Below are positions 12,079 to 26,444 of a DNA stretch of 64,000 nt, piece by piece (the stretch's first letter is position 1; every line of letters starts with the position of its first letter). A model generated the notes under the pieces. The model did not search any database. It saw only the letters and a program-made list of their open reading frames with translations, and was not told the origin of the DNA. The translations under genes and the position numbers were made by a program. The stretch is taken from contig OZ024742.1 in assembly GCA_964016885.1 (NCBI GenBank), positions 274,536,001-274,600,000 on the forward strand, read 5' to 3'. This DNA comes from Eledone cirrhosa. Its lineage: Eukaryota.

Positions 12079-15000
12079 GGTTTCTTTATTGGCCACTAGG
12101 GGTAACATGAAGAAAAACATTACAGACGGTACAGGACGATACAATTTTGGTTTCTGCCGTGTAAAAATGGTTATAACAAAAATATAGAAATATCAAAAAA
12201 TTCAAACAACAAAAAATTCCCCAATAGCGTGGAAACTTACTAGGGTCACTAGTGGCGAAAACCAAACAAAAGACCACGGCCACCCTGACCGCCAGGGCAA
12301 GCCCCCTCTCTCCGTTTTCCACTCCACAGTCTACAGGCGCATACGCAAAGCGGCCCCGTTCAATCGGACCAGACTCGCCACTTTCACCCACCTTTTAACA
12401 AACTTATTAGAAGATAGCACTTGTCTCTCCACCATGATTCTCCTCTTCAAGTGAAATTTGAAAAAGTTAATCAGGGATTCGCCGAAGAGGAAAGTGTCCG
12501 CCTTCAATCCTTTCAACTTGTCCACCATGCAATCTCTTTGGCCATGGGCACAGCGCAGATGAAAACTGCATGCCATCCCTCCTCCTTAAAGTAGGACGGC
12601 GGGGCTATCTGCACAATGCACTCAGTCGATAACCGGATCCGTCCTACACGTGACAGCAAATGTTCAACATAGCTCCACAAGTCAGCATTGCCCGGACACG
12701 GAACGTTTGCGTGCAGCTCGGTTTCGTCGTTCTGTGCGCATTTGGGACAGGTTCGGCTGACGGCACATCCGTGCCTGTAGAGCTTATCTCGAACTGGCAA
12801 CGCTCCCCGGTAGCACTGCCAGGCCAGGGATTTCTTGAAGTTGTCCATAGGCCCCGGGCTGAAAGTTCTCTTTACCCGGGAGCGTCGTCACTCTTCCCCT
12901 CCACTAGTCCTCTTTAGAACGCCGAAGTGGATATTCCACCGATACTAGTGCCCAGCTGGTAGAAGGCTGTGAGCGCTTGGAGACATTCCAGCTTCCAAGC
13001 ACTATCCCTCGACCTTTTCCTGATCCAGGACGGCAGCTCCGTTAATGAGAAGAGCTGGGGAAAAACATGTCTGGCAAACGGTGACCACACCTGTTCACCG
13101 TCAAGGAAGCGACAGAGATGTTGCATCCTCAGCGCGTGTTTTCGCACCATCAGCCACGGCATGCCCAGCCCTCCACGCAACGGGTGTTGATAGCAGATGG
13201 ATCGTCTGACTACGGGAGCACGTCCCTTCCATAAAAAGCGGAAAAGGAGGCGCTCCATTTTTGTCAGAGTTGGGCCGGGGCAAGGCACAATGGTTAGGCG
13301 GTAGCAGATGACGGATGCGATGAACGCATTCGCCACCTCTGCCCGACCTTTCAGGGACAGTTTCCTCTCGGCCCAATTCTGGGTAAGAGAGGCCACTCTG
13401 TTCGTCACCTCGCTCCAGTTTTTCTCCATCTGGAGTTCCGGACCGAACCCGAGAAATTTAACCGGTCCTTCCGTCCAGTGCTCCACGACTCTGTCGGACG
13501 GCATAGACTTGCCTCTCCAGGTGCCGAGCTGCAAACCCACAGACTTTTCCTGGTTTATCTTTGCTCCTGTCACTGCTTCATATTCCTTGAGAGCGGTGCA
13601 GAGCATCTGGACATGTCCGGTGTTTGACACCACCACGGTAACGTCGTCGACATAAGCCGATACGGATCTCCCACATCCCAGTTCGCGTGGGACGTCTCTC
13701 ATCGCCTCCAATGTGTGAAGTAACGGCTTTAGGGCCAATATTTACAAGAGTGATGATAGGGGACAACCCTGACGGACCGAGCGGATGATGCGTACGTCTG
13801 TGAAGGATGACCGTTCAACTTCACAACTGAGGAGATGTTGCTGTGCATCGCAGCGATCCAACCCCTGAAAATGCCTAGATTGATCTAAGTTGATCAGGGC
13901 CCCACCCGTTCCAGGTTCCTTAACCACCCTCTCTATGATGTATCGCATGATATGGAGGTTGTCGTGGATGGATCTGTCTGGAATGGCGCATGTCTGTGCC
14001 TCTCCTACGAGATTACCGACGACAAGCACCAATCTCGTTGCTAACACCTTGGCCAAAATCTTGAAGTCTGTGTTTAACAGAGTTATGGGCCTGAAGTTGT
14101 CTATAACGTCCTCTTTGTTCGGGTCTTTTCTCAACACCGCCACCGCTCCCCGGCTCCAAAACTGGGAATGCTCCCGTTCTTCTGCCAGTTGCAGTAGACA
14201 TCTGCCACAAAGTCGCCGAACAGGTCTGGCATATACGCATAAAGCTCGTAGTGCAGACCATCCAAACCTGGCGATTTACCCCGTGTGCAGTCAGATATCG
14301 CTTCCCGTATTTCCCCTGCTGTTATCGGCTTTTCGCAATACTGCGCTGCGGTCATCGAAAGCTGTGGCAGTCCCTCGAGGTATGCACTGAAGTTCATACT
14401 TCAATCCGGCCCGTCACCGCTCCCGAGCAGTTGAGCACAGTGCTGCTGAAAAGTGTTCGAGTAATATGCGCCCGTTTTGGTCAGGCAAGGATTGAATTGT
14501 GGCTTTGTTGCTACGCCGCGCCTTCACCACCCGGGTCCATTGGACAGCGTTTGTCCACTCGTGTCTCAGTGCACGCGCTCTAGCACTGATAACGCAGCCT
14601 TCGTGCTTTGTGTTGAAGAATTGGTCGAGTGCCAATCTTTGAGCAAGCACGTCGATGGCGATACCTCTCCTAAACGCCTCTTCTATCTTTCTAGCTAGCG
14701 CTCCTTCTACTCTATTTTCCTCTATCCTTACGCCTTTGCTAAGCCTTATCGATTCAACTCTAATTGCCCTTTTCAGGATAAAACAACACCTTAACTAATT
14801 CGCTTGACTAATTCGCTTATCCAGTCTCTAAGCATTGCGCGACGGGAAAGAAGCGTTCAACTTCCAGAAACCGGGTCCATGCCTATGCAGTCTATCTAAG
14901 TCGACTTCACAGATCACAAATTTGTGTTCCGTGTAGTCGACTACTTTTAAAACAACCTGCGCTAGCCTTATCTGTTTCCCTACACAATACCCTATCTAGA

Positions 15001-15710
15001 TACGATCTGGATGACCCGATGCGGTTTGCCCATGTCCACATTGGCACATTCGGATAATCCAATCGATACCTGTCAATCAGCTGAAAATGTCTGAGGAGGT
15101 TGGTGAGCCTTTCACATCCTCCTCCCTTATTTACGAACCCCACATAATCCCAGCATGCCTCTAAGATACTGTTCCAGTCACCCACTAACACTAAAGGGTG
15201 GTACATTCCCAGAAACGTCTCTAGACGTCTGAAGTAATCTGGCGGTCCTGCCCGCTACTAGACTGAAAGCATTGCCTTCGCTGAAAATGGCATGTATGGC
15301 CAGATCCAAGCCTCTCCGAAAAAGCACAGCAACTCCGCCCCCGCTCCCGGACGGCTGGGAGATGCGTAAATATCGTAGCCGCCGAAGCAGGTGGCCCTGC
15401 TTCCAAAATGACCCTGGGCACGTACATTTATACTGCCTATTCTATGTAAGGCCATGTTGGGTGAGGAATGGAGTAAGTGAGAACGGATCACCTACCCTGA
15501 TCGTGTGGGAAAGGAACAGTCGAACCATCTCTTTTGCTGGTCATGGGTGTCTCCAAGATGATGTCGGTGTATATCTTCTTGGTAACCAATTCCCAGAGGT
15601 CTCCAACTGCTTTGCGGAATTTTTCTTTCAAATATTTATAATGTTCTATTTTAATTTCAATAATGTTTATATTTTTCGGTAATGTTATTGGTATTGGTGG
15701 GGTGAAGTAA
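12079..15710 (-). mobile_element. Tx1-like copy T4, 5'-truncated within ORF1; ORF2 disrupted (~12331-15455)
   Basis: IGSINVR, LVGDWN, SYLDRV, NFRPITLLN, RQGCPLS, AYVDD, CPKC motifs; ORF1 C-terminus at 15488-15710; 3' end AATAAAGAAACC(ATT)n. Confidence 0.9.
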
Positions 15711-18250
15711 TTGGTCAACCTATCGAAAGGACCCCTCGCTTGCATGGTTCGTTAGCTACCCTCTCCACGATATAGCGCATGACGTGGCAGTTGTCGTGGT
15801 TTTGTCTGTCTGGAATGGTGCATGTCTGCCACTCTCTTTGCTAGCACCTTGCTTAAAATCTTTTATGGGCCTGAAATTATCTATCTGGTCCCCCATGTTC
15901 GGGTCCATTCTAAGCAGCGTTTACCTCCTTGGCTCACAGAGGTGTAAATTCTTCCTTGTTGCTGCCAGTTGCACTAGACGTTCGCCAAGAGGTCGCTGAA
16001 CAATTCTGACATGTGTTCGTAATGCTCGTACGGCAGCCCATCCAAATCAGGTGACTTGCGCATCCTGCAGTCAGTCATTGCTACCCGTATTTCAGACGAT
16101 GTAATCGGCCTTCCGCAACGCCCCGTCTCTGTGGCCGAGAACTGTGGCAGTAGGTAGGCGCTAAAGTCCGTCCTGCGATCCGATCTACCGCTGCCTCCGA
16201 ACAACTGAGTGAATTGCCACACCCATTTGCTCGGGTTCGAGTAACATGCGCCCATCGTGTTCCTCCAAAACCAGATCGTAGCTTTGTTTCCACGGCGTGC
16301 CTCCGCCACTAGGCTTTAGTCCCTTCGTTTCTGAGAGCACGCGCCCTAGCTCTGACAACGCAGCCTTCGTGCTTTGCGTTGAAGAATTGATAGAGGGCCA
16401 ATCTTGTCCCTAGCACGTCGGTAGCGATGCCTTTACTAAGTGCCTCATCTAGATTTCTAACTGGTTCGCCCACTGCTTTGTTTTTCTCTATTGCTAACGC
16501 CTTATGGACTCGATTCCTGTCGCCCTTTTCAGGGCGAACTATCATTTCTTGTTGACGATTTCCCCCGCCAACGCTCGCTTGTCTAATTCTCTAACACGTT
16601 CTCTGCAATCTCTTCGTGTCGAAAATGAGTTGTTGAGCTTTCAGAGACCAGGTACTTACCTATGGATTCTATGTAAGTCGATTTCAAAAATCACAAATTT
16701 GTGGTCCGTATAGTCGTCTGATTTAAATCGTGGACAACTTATGCTAGTCTTATCTACACCCTCCTCTCTTATCTACTAGTCCTAGCTTGCATCTAAGATA
16801 TTGTTCCAGTCGCCCACTAATACTAAAGAGCGGGACGTCCCAGTACGGTCTCTAGACATCTGAATACATGTGGGAGCCCTGCCCCTCTCGGTGCATAAAC
16901 AACCACTAAACTGAAAGCGTAGCCTTCGCTGCTGGTCACGTCCAACACCACCGAATTTCTTTCTTGGTCAAGTACGATGGTCCGTATGATGATAATCAGG
17001 CATTTCCGAAATACGGCGGCGAATCCGACTCCAGATCCCGGACAGCTTAGAGATGCGTACACCTCATAACCACCGAGTATGGGTGCGAATCTGCACGCCT
17101 CGGAAATTCATGAAATCCTCATTGTCTGTTTTTATGGCTGTGTATTTTTTATTCGGGGCGGGTTTTGCTTTCTTGCTTTCGGGTTTTGCTTTCTTGCTTT
17201 CGGGTTTTGTTGTTGTTTTTGCTGGATGTGAGTGCTTTGTTGTGTTAGGGGAGTCATTGTTGTTAGTGGTGTTTGTGATGATGGTGGCGGTTGTGGTGTC
17301 GCTGTAAATCGTCTTGTAGCTTTTGTCTATTTTTTTTTGCTTTGCTCGCATTTGGTGAGTGAATCTGCGGCGTTTTCCGTTTGTTTTGGTTTGGGACTAT
17401 TTTACACTCCTCTGCCGCCTCATACTCCATGTCCGACTGTGAGAGATCAGGAAGGGGTATCAGTTCTACTCTCTAATTTGTTATTGTTCGTGGTCGTGTT
17501 GGAGTCTGGTCTACCATTCTTGACATAGGTACATGTAGTGTGACTGTTTCTGTTGCTGTCAATGCTGCCGCTGTTTTTGTTGTCCGTGACCTTGGTTTGG
17601 GTACCACGGACGTTGTTCTACTTTCGTGGAAGGTCTCAACGTCCTCACTGCCTGTCCTGCTGCTGATGGCAGTTGTTTCGGCGTTGGAGGAAGGGGACCT
17701 TCACCTCTATTTTCTTTTGTGGTCAGAAGGCTCTGAGGTGAGTTTTCGTTCTACAGTTGTAGCATTTTGGGCGCCTTCCTTCCACAGATATTGGAAGTTG
17801 GGTGCCAGTCATGTCGAAAATAGTGCCAGGCCAATGCAGTTCTGGTCGGTTGAATGAGCATTTCCATTCCCAAACGGGACCAGTTCTCCCTCCCCAACTT
17901 ATGTACCTGCAAAATGGTCGTTTTGTACAAGGACAGATATGAGTAGCAAAGGCACATAGGGCGGGATCTGTGTCACCCTGACCTTTGCAAATGTTTGCCC
18001 GCAGCAAAAACGGTCTAATGTTATTTCATCACTCCGTAGGGTGGTCAAGGAGTGAGATTTTTGCCCCCTGAGTGGTGACAAAAAGGACGTCCACAGTAGT
18101 ATAATCCTTGCCTTGGGTAATGTGGATTTTCCGTGCTCGCCCATTCTCCAGGGCCTTTTGTATTTGAACCTCTATGGCTTTCTCCCCACACCGCGATTTC
18201 GTGTCAATTATGCGGTATGACACTGTGCGTCGCTCTTGCTCCTTCATGAA
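15711..18250 (-). mobile_element. Tx1-like copy T5, heavily decayed internal fragment (ORF1 to mid-RT)
   Basis: VEGRRPKCYNCRTKTHLRAF (17723-18007), APE remnant 16823-17062, KSPDLDGLPYE (15974-16309); both termini missing. Confidence 0.85.
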
Positions 18251-18254
18251 ATCG

Positions 18255-19880
18255 GTTGAAGGTTCAGCTAAAGCAGTTCAATCTAGCTAACAAAGCACTA
18301 GAGGTAATCAGATGCGAACACAGAAAGACAGTGACACTTGATGAGATTAATCAGCTGCTATATGCCACAGCAAACGGGATTACTGGCAAGCTGCACACCA
18401 AAATACGAACAGGGAAAATATACACAAAGGGAATACTGAAATGGCAGACACCTGGAGAATAAAATTATTGAGTTGATATCTATCTCGTATCCGAAATTGA
18501 TAAGGGAAATGTCATCAACCCACAAAAGATTTCTAGTCTGAGGAAGAAATATAAGACCAACAGGATAGTAGACTGTTAAGCAAAAGATACAGGCAAAGGC
18601 GTAGAGTCTAAGAAGATGACAAAAAATACTTAACTTCTTTAAACAGCAAAATCTAAAAGAATTTACAGAGTGTTAGGTAAGTAAAATGTTGAAATAAGTG
18701 AACCAGCTGAGGTTGATGAGGTTGAACACTTTTGAGCCAATATCTGGGGAAAAAAGATAAAGACCACAACTCCAATGCCACATAGCTGGAACAATTAGAA
18801 ATCCCTGTTTGCACCCAGGAATGGAATGAAATCACCTCACAAGAAATAAAAAAAGCAGTCAGCAATGTTGGAAACTGGAAATCGCCGAGCAGAGATGGCG
18901 TGCAGAATTTCTGGCTGAAACATCTGTGCTCCATGAAGCCTTGGCTGCTGAATTCTCCAGGATTCTAGCAAACCCAAGAGAAGCCCCAAAGTGGATGAGA
19001 ATTGGCAGAATGTATCTTCTACCGATTAATGAATGCACATAAAATCCCTAAAACTACTGACCAATCACATGTCTCCCAACGATGTATAAAGACCTCACAT
19101 TAGTTATAACCAAAATAATCTACAATTACCTCGTCAGTGGAGATCTACTGCCACCTAAAAATAAAGGCTGTAAACGAGAGAGATATGGGTGCTAAGATCA
19201 GCTACTGATAAATAGTCTCATGATGGAAAACTGCAAACAGAAAAAGTAAAAAACCTGTACAGACAAAAATAATGCCTATCTCATTCATGTATCATAAAGA
19301 CACTAGAAATGTATCACATTATCACCTGATATCACAACATTCCTGAAGGTAATTATAACGGACTGGACAACTACGATGATCATTCAACACCACAACGGAC
19401 CACTAGAATTGAGACAGATCAAGATTAATCGTGGAATATTCCAAGGCGACTCAATGTCCCCTTTGCTGTTTTGTATATCACTTGCTCTGCTAAGTGAGTT
19501 ACTGCGGAGGACAGGTTATGGATATAAAATAGACAACTGACACTACAGTCACCTTCTTTATATGGATGATATCAAGTTATTCGTAAACAATGATGTGCAG
19601 CTGGATGGTCTACTACACACAGTGAAACAATTCAGTGGTGACATCCATATGAATTTGGACTGGACAAGCGTGAAAGTGCCACATCCAATGAAGGGTTTCA
19701 CTCTAAACATAAATATATTGTCATGGGCCAACAAACTACCATAAAACACTTAATGAAAAGTTCTACAAATATCTTGAAGTTAATGAAGGAAATGGAATCC
19801 AGCATGTAAGTATAAAGGGAAAGATATCGAAGGATTACATAATGAGAGTGAGACTGGTAACAAAGTGTGAGATAAACTCC
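18255..19880 (+). mobile_element. R4/Dong-like retrotransposon fragment, family D3, decayed
   Basis: WKSP..DG.QNFWLK, RPITCLPTMYK, GIFQGDSMSPLLF (~19433) and YMDDIKLF (~19559) remnants. Confidence 0.8.
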
Positions 19881-19889
19881 TGCAACAAA

Positions 19890-21280
19890 GAAAGGAATGC
19901 GAATGAACTCACCGATTTGAAGAATGCAATTAAGATTGAATGGATGAAAATGAAAGAATCTGACATGGAGGGACGAGATACCCTCTCTAAGATCCAGAAC
20001 TCCAAAAAAACCCAGAGGATAATACACAAGACTCGTATAACCCCCAAAGACATAATCAACACAAATAAACTAAATATTACTGAACTAAATCATCTTAGCC
20101 CAAATTTATAATGAAATGGTTAAGGAGCCAGAAAAGATACCATCATGGTTAGTTAATGGCATTACTTTCTTACTTCAGAAGAATGATGAGATATTTAAAC
20201 CGAAAAATCACAGACCGATAACTTGCTTGACCTCAATGTATGAAGTCTTATCAATCCCAACTGAATATACATGTGATCACCTGATATTGAATGATATATT
20301 TCCCAATGAGCATGAAAGGTGTAAACGAGGCTCATATGGCTGTAAGGGTCAGCTTTTGATTAACAAAATGATTCTGGAAGATAGTCATAATGGATACAAC
20401 AATCTATCAATTCTTAGTTTGGCGCACAGTTCGATTGAAAAGTCTTTAGAGATTTTCAAGATATCTCCCATTGTGAGGAGGTCCCTATCATTCAATATGA
20501 AAGTGAAAAAAAAAATCACTGGAAGCTGGAGAAGTTAATATCAATTGTGGAACTTTTCGCTTTGATTCTGCATCAAGCATATAACATTAAGTAAAATGTT
20601 TAATGAAACAAAACATGGATATAAATTATATGACAAAACCCTTAATCAATTGCTCTATATGGATGATCTGAAGCTATTTGTAACAAATGATAACCAATTA
20701 CAAGGTCTATTATCCACTGTGAAGCAGTTCAGTGATGATATTAAAATGGAGTGTGAATTAGATAAATGCACCAAAGCAACATTCACCAGAGGAAAGCTGC
20801 TGGGAAGTTCAGACATTAATCTTGATCGATGGAATGTGATGAGGGAACTTGATCAAGAAGAAACTTATAAATATTTACTGCAGAGTAAAAGCAGTTTTAA
20901 AACCGGAGTTATATGCAAGTAATAGGATTGATACCATAAACACACATGTCCTACCTTTAGTAACTTACACTTTAAATGTCATCAAATGGTCATGCACAAA
21001 GATCCGTAAACTCGATACGAAACTTAAAAAAACACTTAACCATGCACAGAAGGAATCACCGTAAGGCAGATAAGTGTAGAATATATCTCCCTAGGAAAGG
21101 AGGACGTGGATTAATCCAGTTAGATATTTCTTTGAAAGCTGCAACAATTGGATTATCTACATATCTGAGGGACAGGATTGGATGATCAAACTCGTTTTGA
21201 AGCATGAAAGCAACAAAAGATCACACACCATTACAAAAGATGCACATAGAGACAGTAATGAACTACACATTTCGGAAGTA
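19890..21280 (+). mobile_element. R4/Dong-like fragment, family D1-related, decayed with deletions
   Basis: ORFs 19842-20111, 20116-20538, 20596-20922 (LYMDDLKLF) and 20976-21185 (GGRGLIQL) match the 28112-31024 protein. Confidence 0.88.
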
Positions 21281-21890
21281 ATGGACCTTCGGTAAATGAC
21301 TTATGGTCCATTATCCATGGCAGTGCTACCAGCGAGCTCTACAGGCATTGAAATGCCGTCAGCCAGGCATGTCTAAGATGCGCGCAAGGGGACAAAACCT
21401 TGAAGCACACACACGTTCAGTGACAGATTATCGCTGCTAAGTTGGTTTATCTGAAATGCCTGCTGTCATGTGTGTGACAGATCCGACCGTCAACTGATTC
21501 CATCGTCAAAAAGAGCAGGATGTGTTTATCTGTCTCGTCGCCATAGCAAAAGAGGACGCGCCTGAAGGTGCTGAATACGGGCATTTTCTTGTTTTGTGCG
21601 CCATGATTACCTAATTTAGGTTTTCCTTGAAGATGAATATCAGGGTGGAGATGGAAGTGTTGTCTTCAAAGCAATGTTTTGAAAGTGGTTGAAAGAGGCG
21701 ATAATGGCCCGAGTGCATTGACCTACTTTGAACATGTGCATGTCGATTGAGTGAGGACACCTGGGAGAGGGCACTTGCCCTGGCGGTCAGTGTGACTGTT
21801 GCATTTTCCTGCTTTCTCCACGAGAACCCGCCGAAGCCTCTCTTTATTCAGGGAATTTTCTTATTTTAAGCTTCCATCACTACCGGAATA
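21281..21890 (+). mobile_element. Tx1-like copy T6, old 3' fragment (ORF2 zinc-finger region + 3' UTR)
   Basis: TGGCAGTGCTACC, TTTATCTGTCTCGTCGCCATAGCAAAAG and GGGCACTTGCCCTGGCGGTCAG match the 3' parts of other Tx1 copies. Confidence 0.75.
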
Positions 21891-21899
21891 GTTTTTTCT

Positions 21900-24500
21900 T
21901 TTAAGATGTCACATTCTGTTCATCTCAATTTCTAGATTGTTATATTTAGCAATTTTTTTCATACTCTGTTGCTGACACAATTCTATCCGACAATATAGTC
22001 ATGTAAATGATTAAGCATTTCTTGTTTTTTCTTTAAATCATTAATAATAATATCAAGGGGGGTGGGGTGCATTAATAGTGGGATTTGTGTAAATGTAAAA
22101 GGCCCAAATGAATATTGCTCCTCCAGTCTATGTTACTGTTTGTGGTCTCGGTTTATATACGTTTTCTGTATATTCTGCATTGTATTTTTGCATATTATCT
22201 TAAGGATAATATGCAAATATAATAATTGCCCCACCCTATCTTCTCTAATCTTATATTGAATTGGTGCTAGTGTGGGACATCCTGAATTTATATGGTCAGT
22301 TGTGTTTCAGGCTCTACGTCACATATCCTGCTCCATTTTTGAGAATATTTTCCTGACAATTCCTAGTAAAGAGGCTTTGGTCCTGGGTAGTAACAATAAA
22401 ACATTTTAATCCCAATCTTTGTGGCTTCTTGTTGGTTTGTGCTTGATCTACATCGACACATTTGATGAAAATGGGAATTGGTGGTGCAGAGGCTTTTGTT
22501 TCCATCCATCTCTAAATGATTTTTTACCTTCTAGCTTTGATTTACATCTGTGTATTTTAGATGCCTCAGTTGGAATTATGTCGGCTTCATTATTTAGGTG
22601 TATGTCATCGGTTTTTACATGTTTCCTGTAGTTTCCTAACTCTATGTGTACTAAATGGAGTTTCTGTTGGTTTTGTTGTTCTCTTACTAACACCATCATC
22701 CATTCATTGCAGTTCTCTAGGTCCATTTCTAAACCTATTGTGCATTTTTTATATGACAATAAAAGGTGGATTATTCATGATCCCCATTCTTGTCTTAGCA
22801 AATATATGCTATTTACATCTGCTTTTGGGTGATGCATTTTGTTGTCAGTAAGGAGTTGTCAAATTTGGAGTCCATTCTTTGAAGATCAGACAAGTTCTAA
22901 TTGATGGAGTTATAACTGTATCGAACCACCGGTAGAGCTAAGGTGTTTATAGGCTGGAAATGGTTTTTGGAATTTAGTTACGGTTTCAGGATGAGCCTTA
23001 CACTTCTGTAATATTATTTTCGTATTTCCTCCTTTATTTGATTGTATTTAGCTCCATCACCTTCGTTTATGCCAAGATATTTGTCGGTACCGTCTACGTC
23101 TAACTCATGTATTTTAAACGTTGCTTTGGCACATTCGTCAAGGCCAAATTCCATGCCAATGTTATTGCTAAATTGCTTCACAGTTGTTAAGTCTTTCTAA
23201 ATCTTTGTCACATTTAGCATACAATTTGAAGTCGTCCATATAAAACAAATTACTAATGATCTTAATGTTGCTGTTCATTATATAACCGTATAACCGTGTT
23301 GAGCTCATTCTACATTTAAAAATGAGCAATGTAAAACAGAAGAGGCGAGAGTGAGTTACTTTGGAATATTCTGCAATTAAATTTGCTTTTATCTGATTTT
23401 ATAACCTCTTTGTTATGGGTTAAGGAGAGTGTTGCATTTCGTTTTGTCAAGCCGAGTCGTAAATAGTTAGAAATTATGGGATATATTATCTAAGTTTCAA
23501 GATCTTCCAATATCCATTCTTGTGGCACACTTTCACAAGCTTTTCTGTGATCAATCAACGCAGTGCTTAGATTTTTATTTGTGAACCAACAATTTTCTGA
23601 ATTTTCTTATTGATAATAGTTGATATGTGCACACATATGATTTCCGTTTTTCTCATTTTTTTTTCTTGTGGAAGGATTTCACTTCCATCAAAGCATTTGT
23701 ATATCCGCTCAGATAGTATCGATGTCAGGAATTTATAAGACTTAGTGAGTCAAGTTATTGGCCAATTGATTTTATTTTTCTACTTTTGTCTCAGCTGTTT
23801 TGGTGAGAATTATGTTGTGCCTTCTGTCAAACAGTTTAAGATTTAACTTGGATATTGTATTATAGACGTGATTTCACTGTTAAGATCTGTATGCATCTAT
23901 GTAAGGTGCATTTAACTAAAAGTTAATAAATTGGTCTATCCCAGGGGATTTCCATTTATGTGATTTACTAAGTGCCAACGTTAATTCGCGCAGATCAACT
24001 TTTGCTATTCCTGATGTTTAATAACTCTCATGCTGTCTGTTTCTCTATGAAACCATTCAGCTTCTTTATTATATTATTTTTCATTGCTACATATATATAT
24101 TTTCAGAATTGTTGAATGTCATTCATGTTGGGTGTTTCATTAATTTCCATTGGCAGTTTCCCTATTTCCCGATAAAATTTCGGTATGGAAGATTTTATTT
24201 TGTCTATATAATTTGCCTCCCTTATCGTATCGTTTAACTATCTTTGCATTGGCATTGTTTCAGACTCTCTTTGGTGCTCAATAGATTCTCCTTTACTGTG
24301 AAGAACTTATACTTTCTTTATCATTATTTACTTTTCTCATTTTTACATTCACAAGATCGCTTACCGCTTCGACAATTGACAGTTCGCCCCTAAAGTGCTT
24401 AGTTACATTTTGTATTATTCTTTCCATTTAGTTTACATATGAACATGTCTAGTTTTTTTATTCAACATTTTAAGACCAATTATGCCGCTTATAGTTTTAG
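21900..24500 (-). mobile_element. R4/Dong-like fragment, family D4, heavily decayed
   Basis: Minus strand gives FYMDDFKLYA (~23230), EFGLDECAKA, QDQSLFTRNCQENILKNG (22314-22505) and EKIAKYNNLEIE (~21930). Confidence 0.78.
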
Positions 24501-24507
24501 TTGTAGA

Positions 24508-26423
24508 GTACCTGGCGGCGGTCCTCGAGGCTGCTGGTTTCGGGCCCGTTTTCAGGGGTTGGATCGCTGCGATGTACAGCGACATCTGCTCAGTTGTGAG
24601 GGTGAACGGTCACCTGTCGCAGCCGTTCAGCATCATGTGCACGGCCCGCCAGGATTGTGCCCTCTCGTCCACCTTGTACGTATTGGCTCTCGAGCCGTTA
24701 CTGCACAAACTGGGGGCGATGAGGGGCGTCCCACGAGAAATAAAATGCGTGAAATCCGAGTCGGCTTACGCTGACGACGTCACCGTGGTGGTGTAGAGCA
24801 CCAGACACGTCCAGATGCTCGGCACCGCTCTCAAGGAATACGAAACGGTGACAGGAGCAAAGATAAACCAGGAAAAGTCGGTGGGCTTGCAGCTCGGCAC
24901 CTGGAGAGGCAAGTCCATGACGTCCGACAGCGTCGTGGGGCGTTGGACGGACGGACCGGTTAAATTGCTCGGGGTCTAGTTCGGACCGGATCTCCAGATG
25001 GAGAAAAACTGGAACGAGGTGACAATCAAGGTGGCCTCCCTCTCCCAGAAATGAGCCGAGAGGGAGCTGTGCCTGAAAGGCCGGGCAGTGGTGGCGAATG
25101 GGTACATCGCATCCGTCATCTGCTACCGCCTCACCGTCGTCCCTTGCCCCGGCCCAACTCTCACCAAAATGGAGCGCCTCCTCTTCCGCGTTTTGTGGAA
25201 GGGACGCGCTCCCATGTTCAGACGATCCATCTACTGTCAACACCCGTTGCGTGGAGGACTGGGCATGCCATGGCTGATGATGCTAAAACATGCGCTGAGC
25301 CTGCGACATCTCTGGTGCTTCCTTGACGGTGAACAGGTGTGGTCGACGTTCGCCAGGCACGTTTTACAACAACTCGTCTCCTTGACGGAGCTGCAGCCCT
25401 GGGTAGGAAAAAGACCGAGGGATAGCGCTTGGAAACTGGAATGGCTCCAGGCGCTCACTGCTCTCTGCCAGCTGGGCACCAGTATCGGTGGAACATCCAG
25501 CTCGGCATTCTATAGAGGACTAGTGGAGGGGAAGAGCGACGACGTTCTCGGGAGATCCTGGGCGTCGAAGAAGATCAGCTGTTTGATCTCTTCAGGAGAA
25601 CTTTCAGCCCAGGGCCTATGGATAACTTCCAAAAATCCCTGGCCTGGCAGTGCTACCGGGGAGCTCTGCCGATTCGAGATAAGCTCTGCCGATTCGAGAT
25701 AAGCTCTGCAGGCACGGAAGTGCCGTAAGCCGAGCCTGTCCGAGATGCGCGCAGGGCGACGAAACCGTCGTGCACGCACTCGTTCAGTGCTCGAGCATTG
25801 CTGACTTATGGAGCTATGTCGAACAGTTGCTGTCGCGTGCAGATGGTCTCGCCGTCTTCCTTCGAGGAGGAAGGGCAGGAGGTTTTCATCTGCCTGGTGG
25901 CCATGGCGAAAGAGATTGTTTGGTGGACAAGATTGAAAGGGTTAAAGACAGACACTTTCCTCTTCAGCGAATCCCTAATTAACTTTTTCAAGTTTCACTT
26001 GAAGAGGGAAATCATGGTAGAGAGGGAAGTGCTGCCTTCTAGAAAGTTTGTTGAAAGGTGGGTGAATGTAGCGAGAATAGGTCCGAACGAACGGGACCGC
26101 TCTGAATATACGTCTGTAGTTTGAGAAATGGAAAAATTGAGGAAGGGCGCGTGCCTTGGTGGTGATGGTGGCCGTGGTCTTTTGTGTGGTTTTCGCCAGG
26201 AGAGTAACCCTCGGAGGTTTCCCCCCTACTGGGGAATTTTTCATTATTTCAATTTTCATTTTTATTGTTTATATATATATATGTTTCTATGTCTTTTTTT
26301 TCTTTTCTTATATAAATAATAAAAATATTTACACGCACAAACCCACATTGTACCGTCCTGTACCGTTCTGTGACGTCTGTAATGTTTTTCCCGATGTCAG
26401 CCCTTATGGCCAATAAAGAAATC
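24508..26423 (+). mobile_element. Tx1-like copy T7, 5'-truncated in RT
   Basis: YLAAVLEAAGFG, AYADD, GGLGMP; 3' end GCCCTTATGGCC-AATAAA-GAAATC followed by (ATT)n at 26424-26444. Confidence 0.92.
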
Positions 26424-26444
26424 ATTATTATTACTATTATTATA

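Noticed and set aside
25662-25709. 20-bp tandem duplication (similar ones at 17160-17201, 36391-36428 and 14790-14818) as CRISPR-like or regulatory repeats
   Set aside because: Two adjacent units without spacers; ordinary slippage or repair in dead copies
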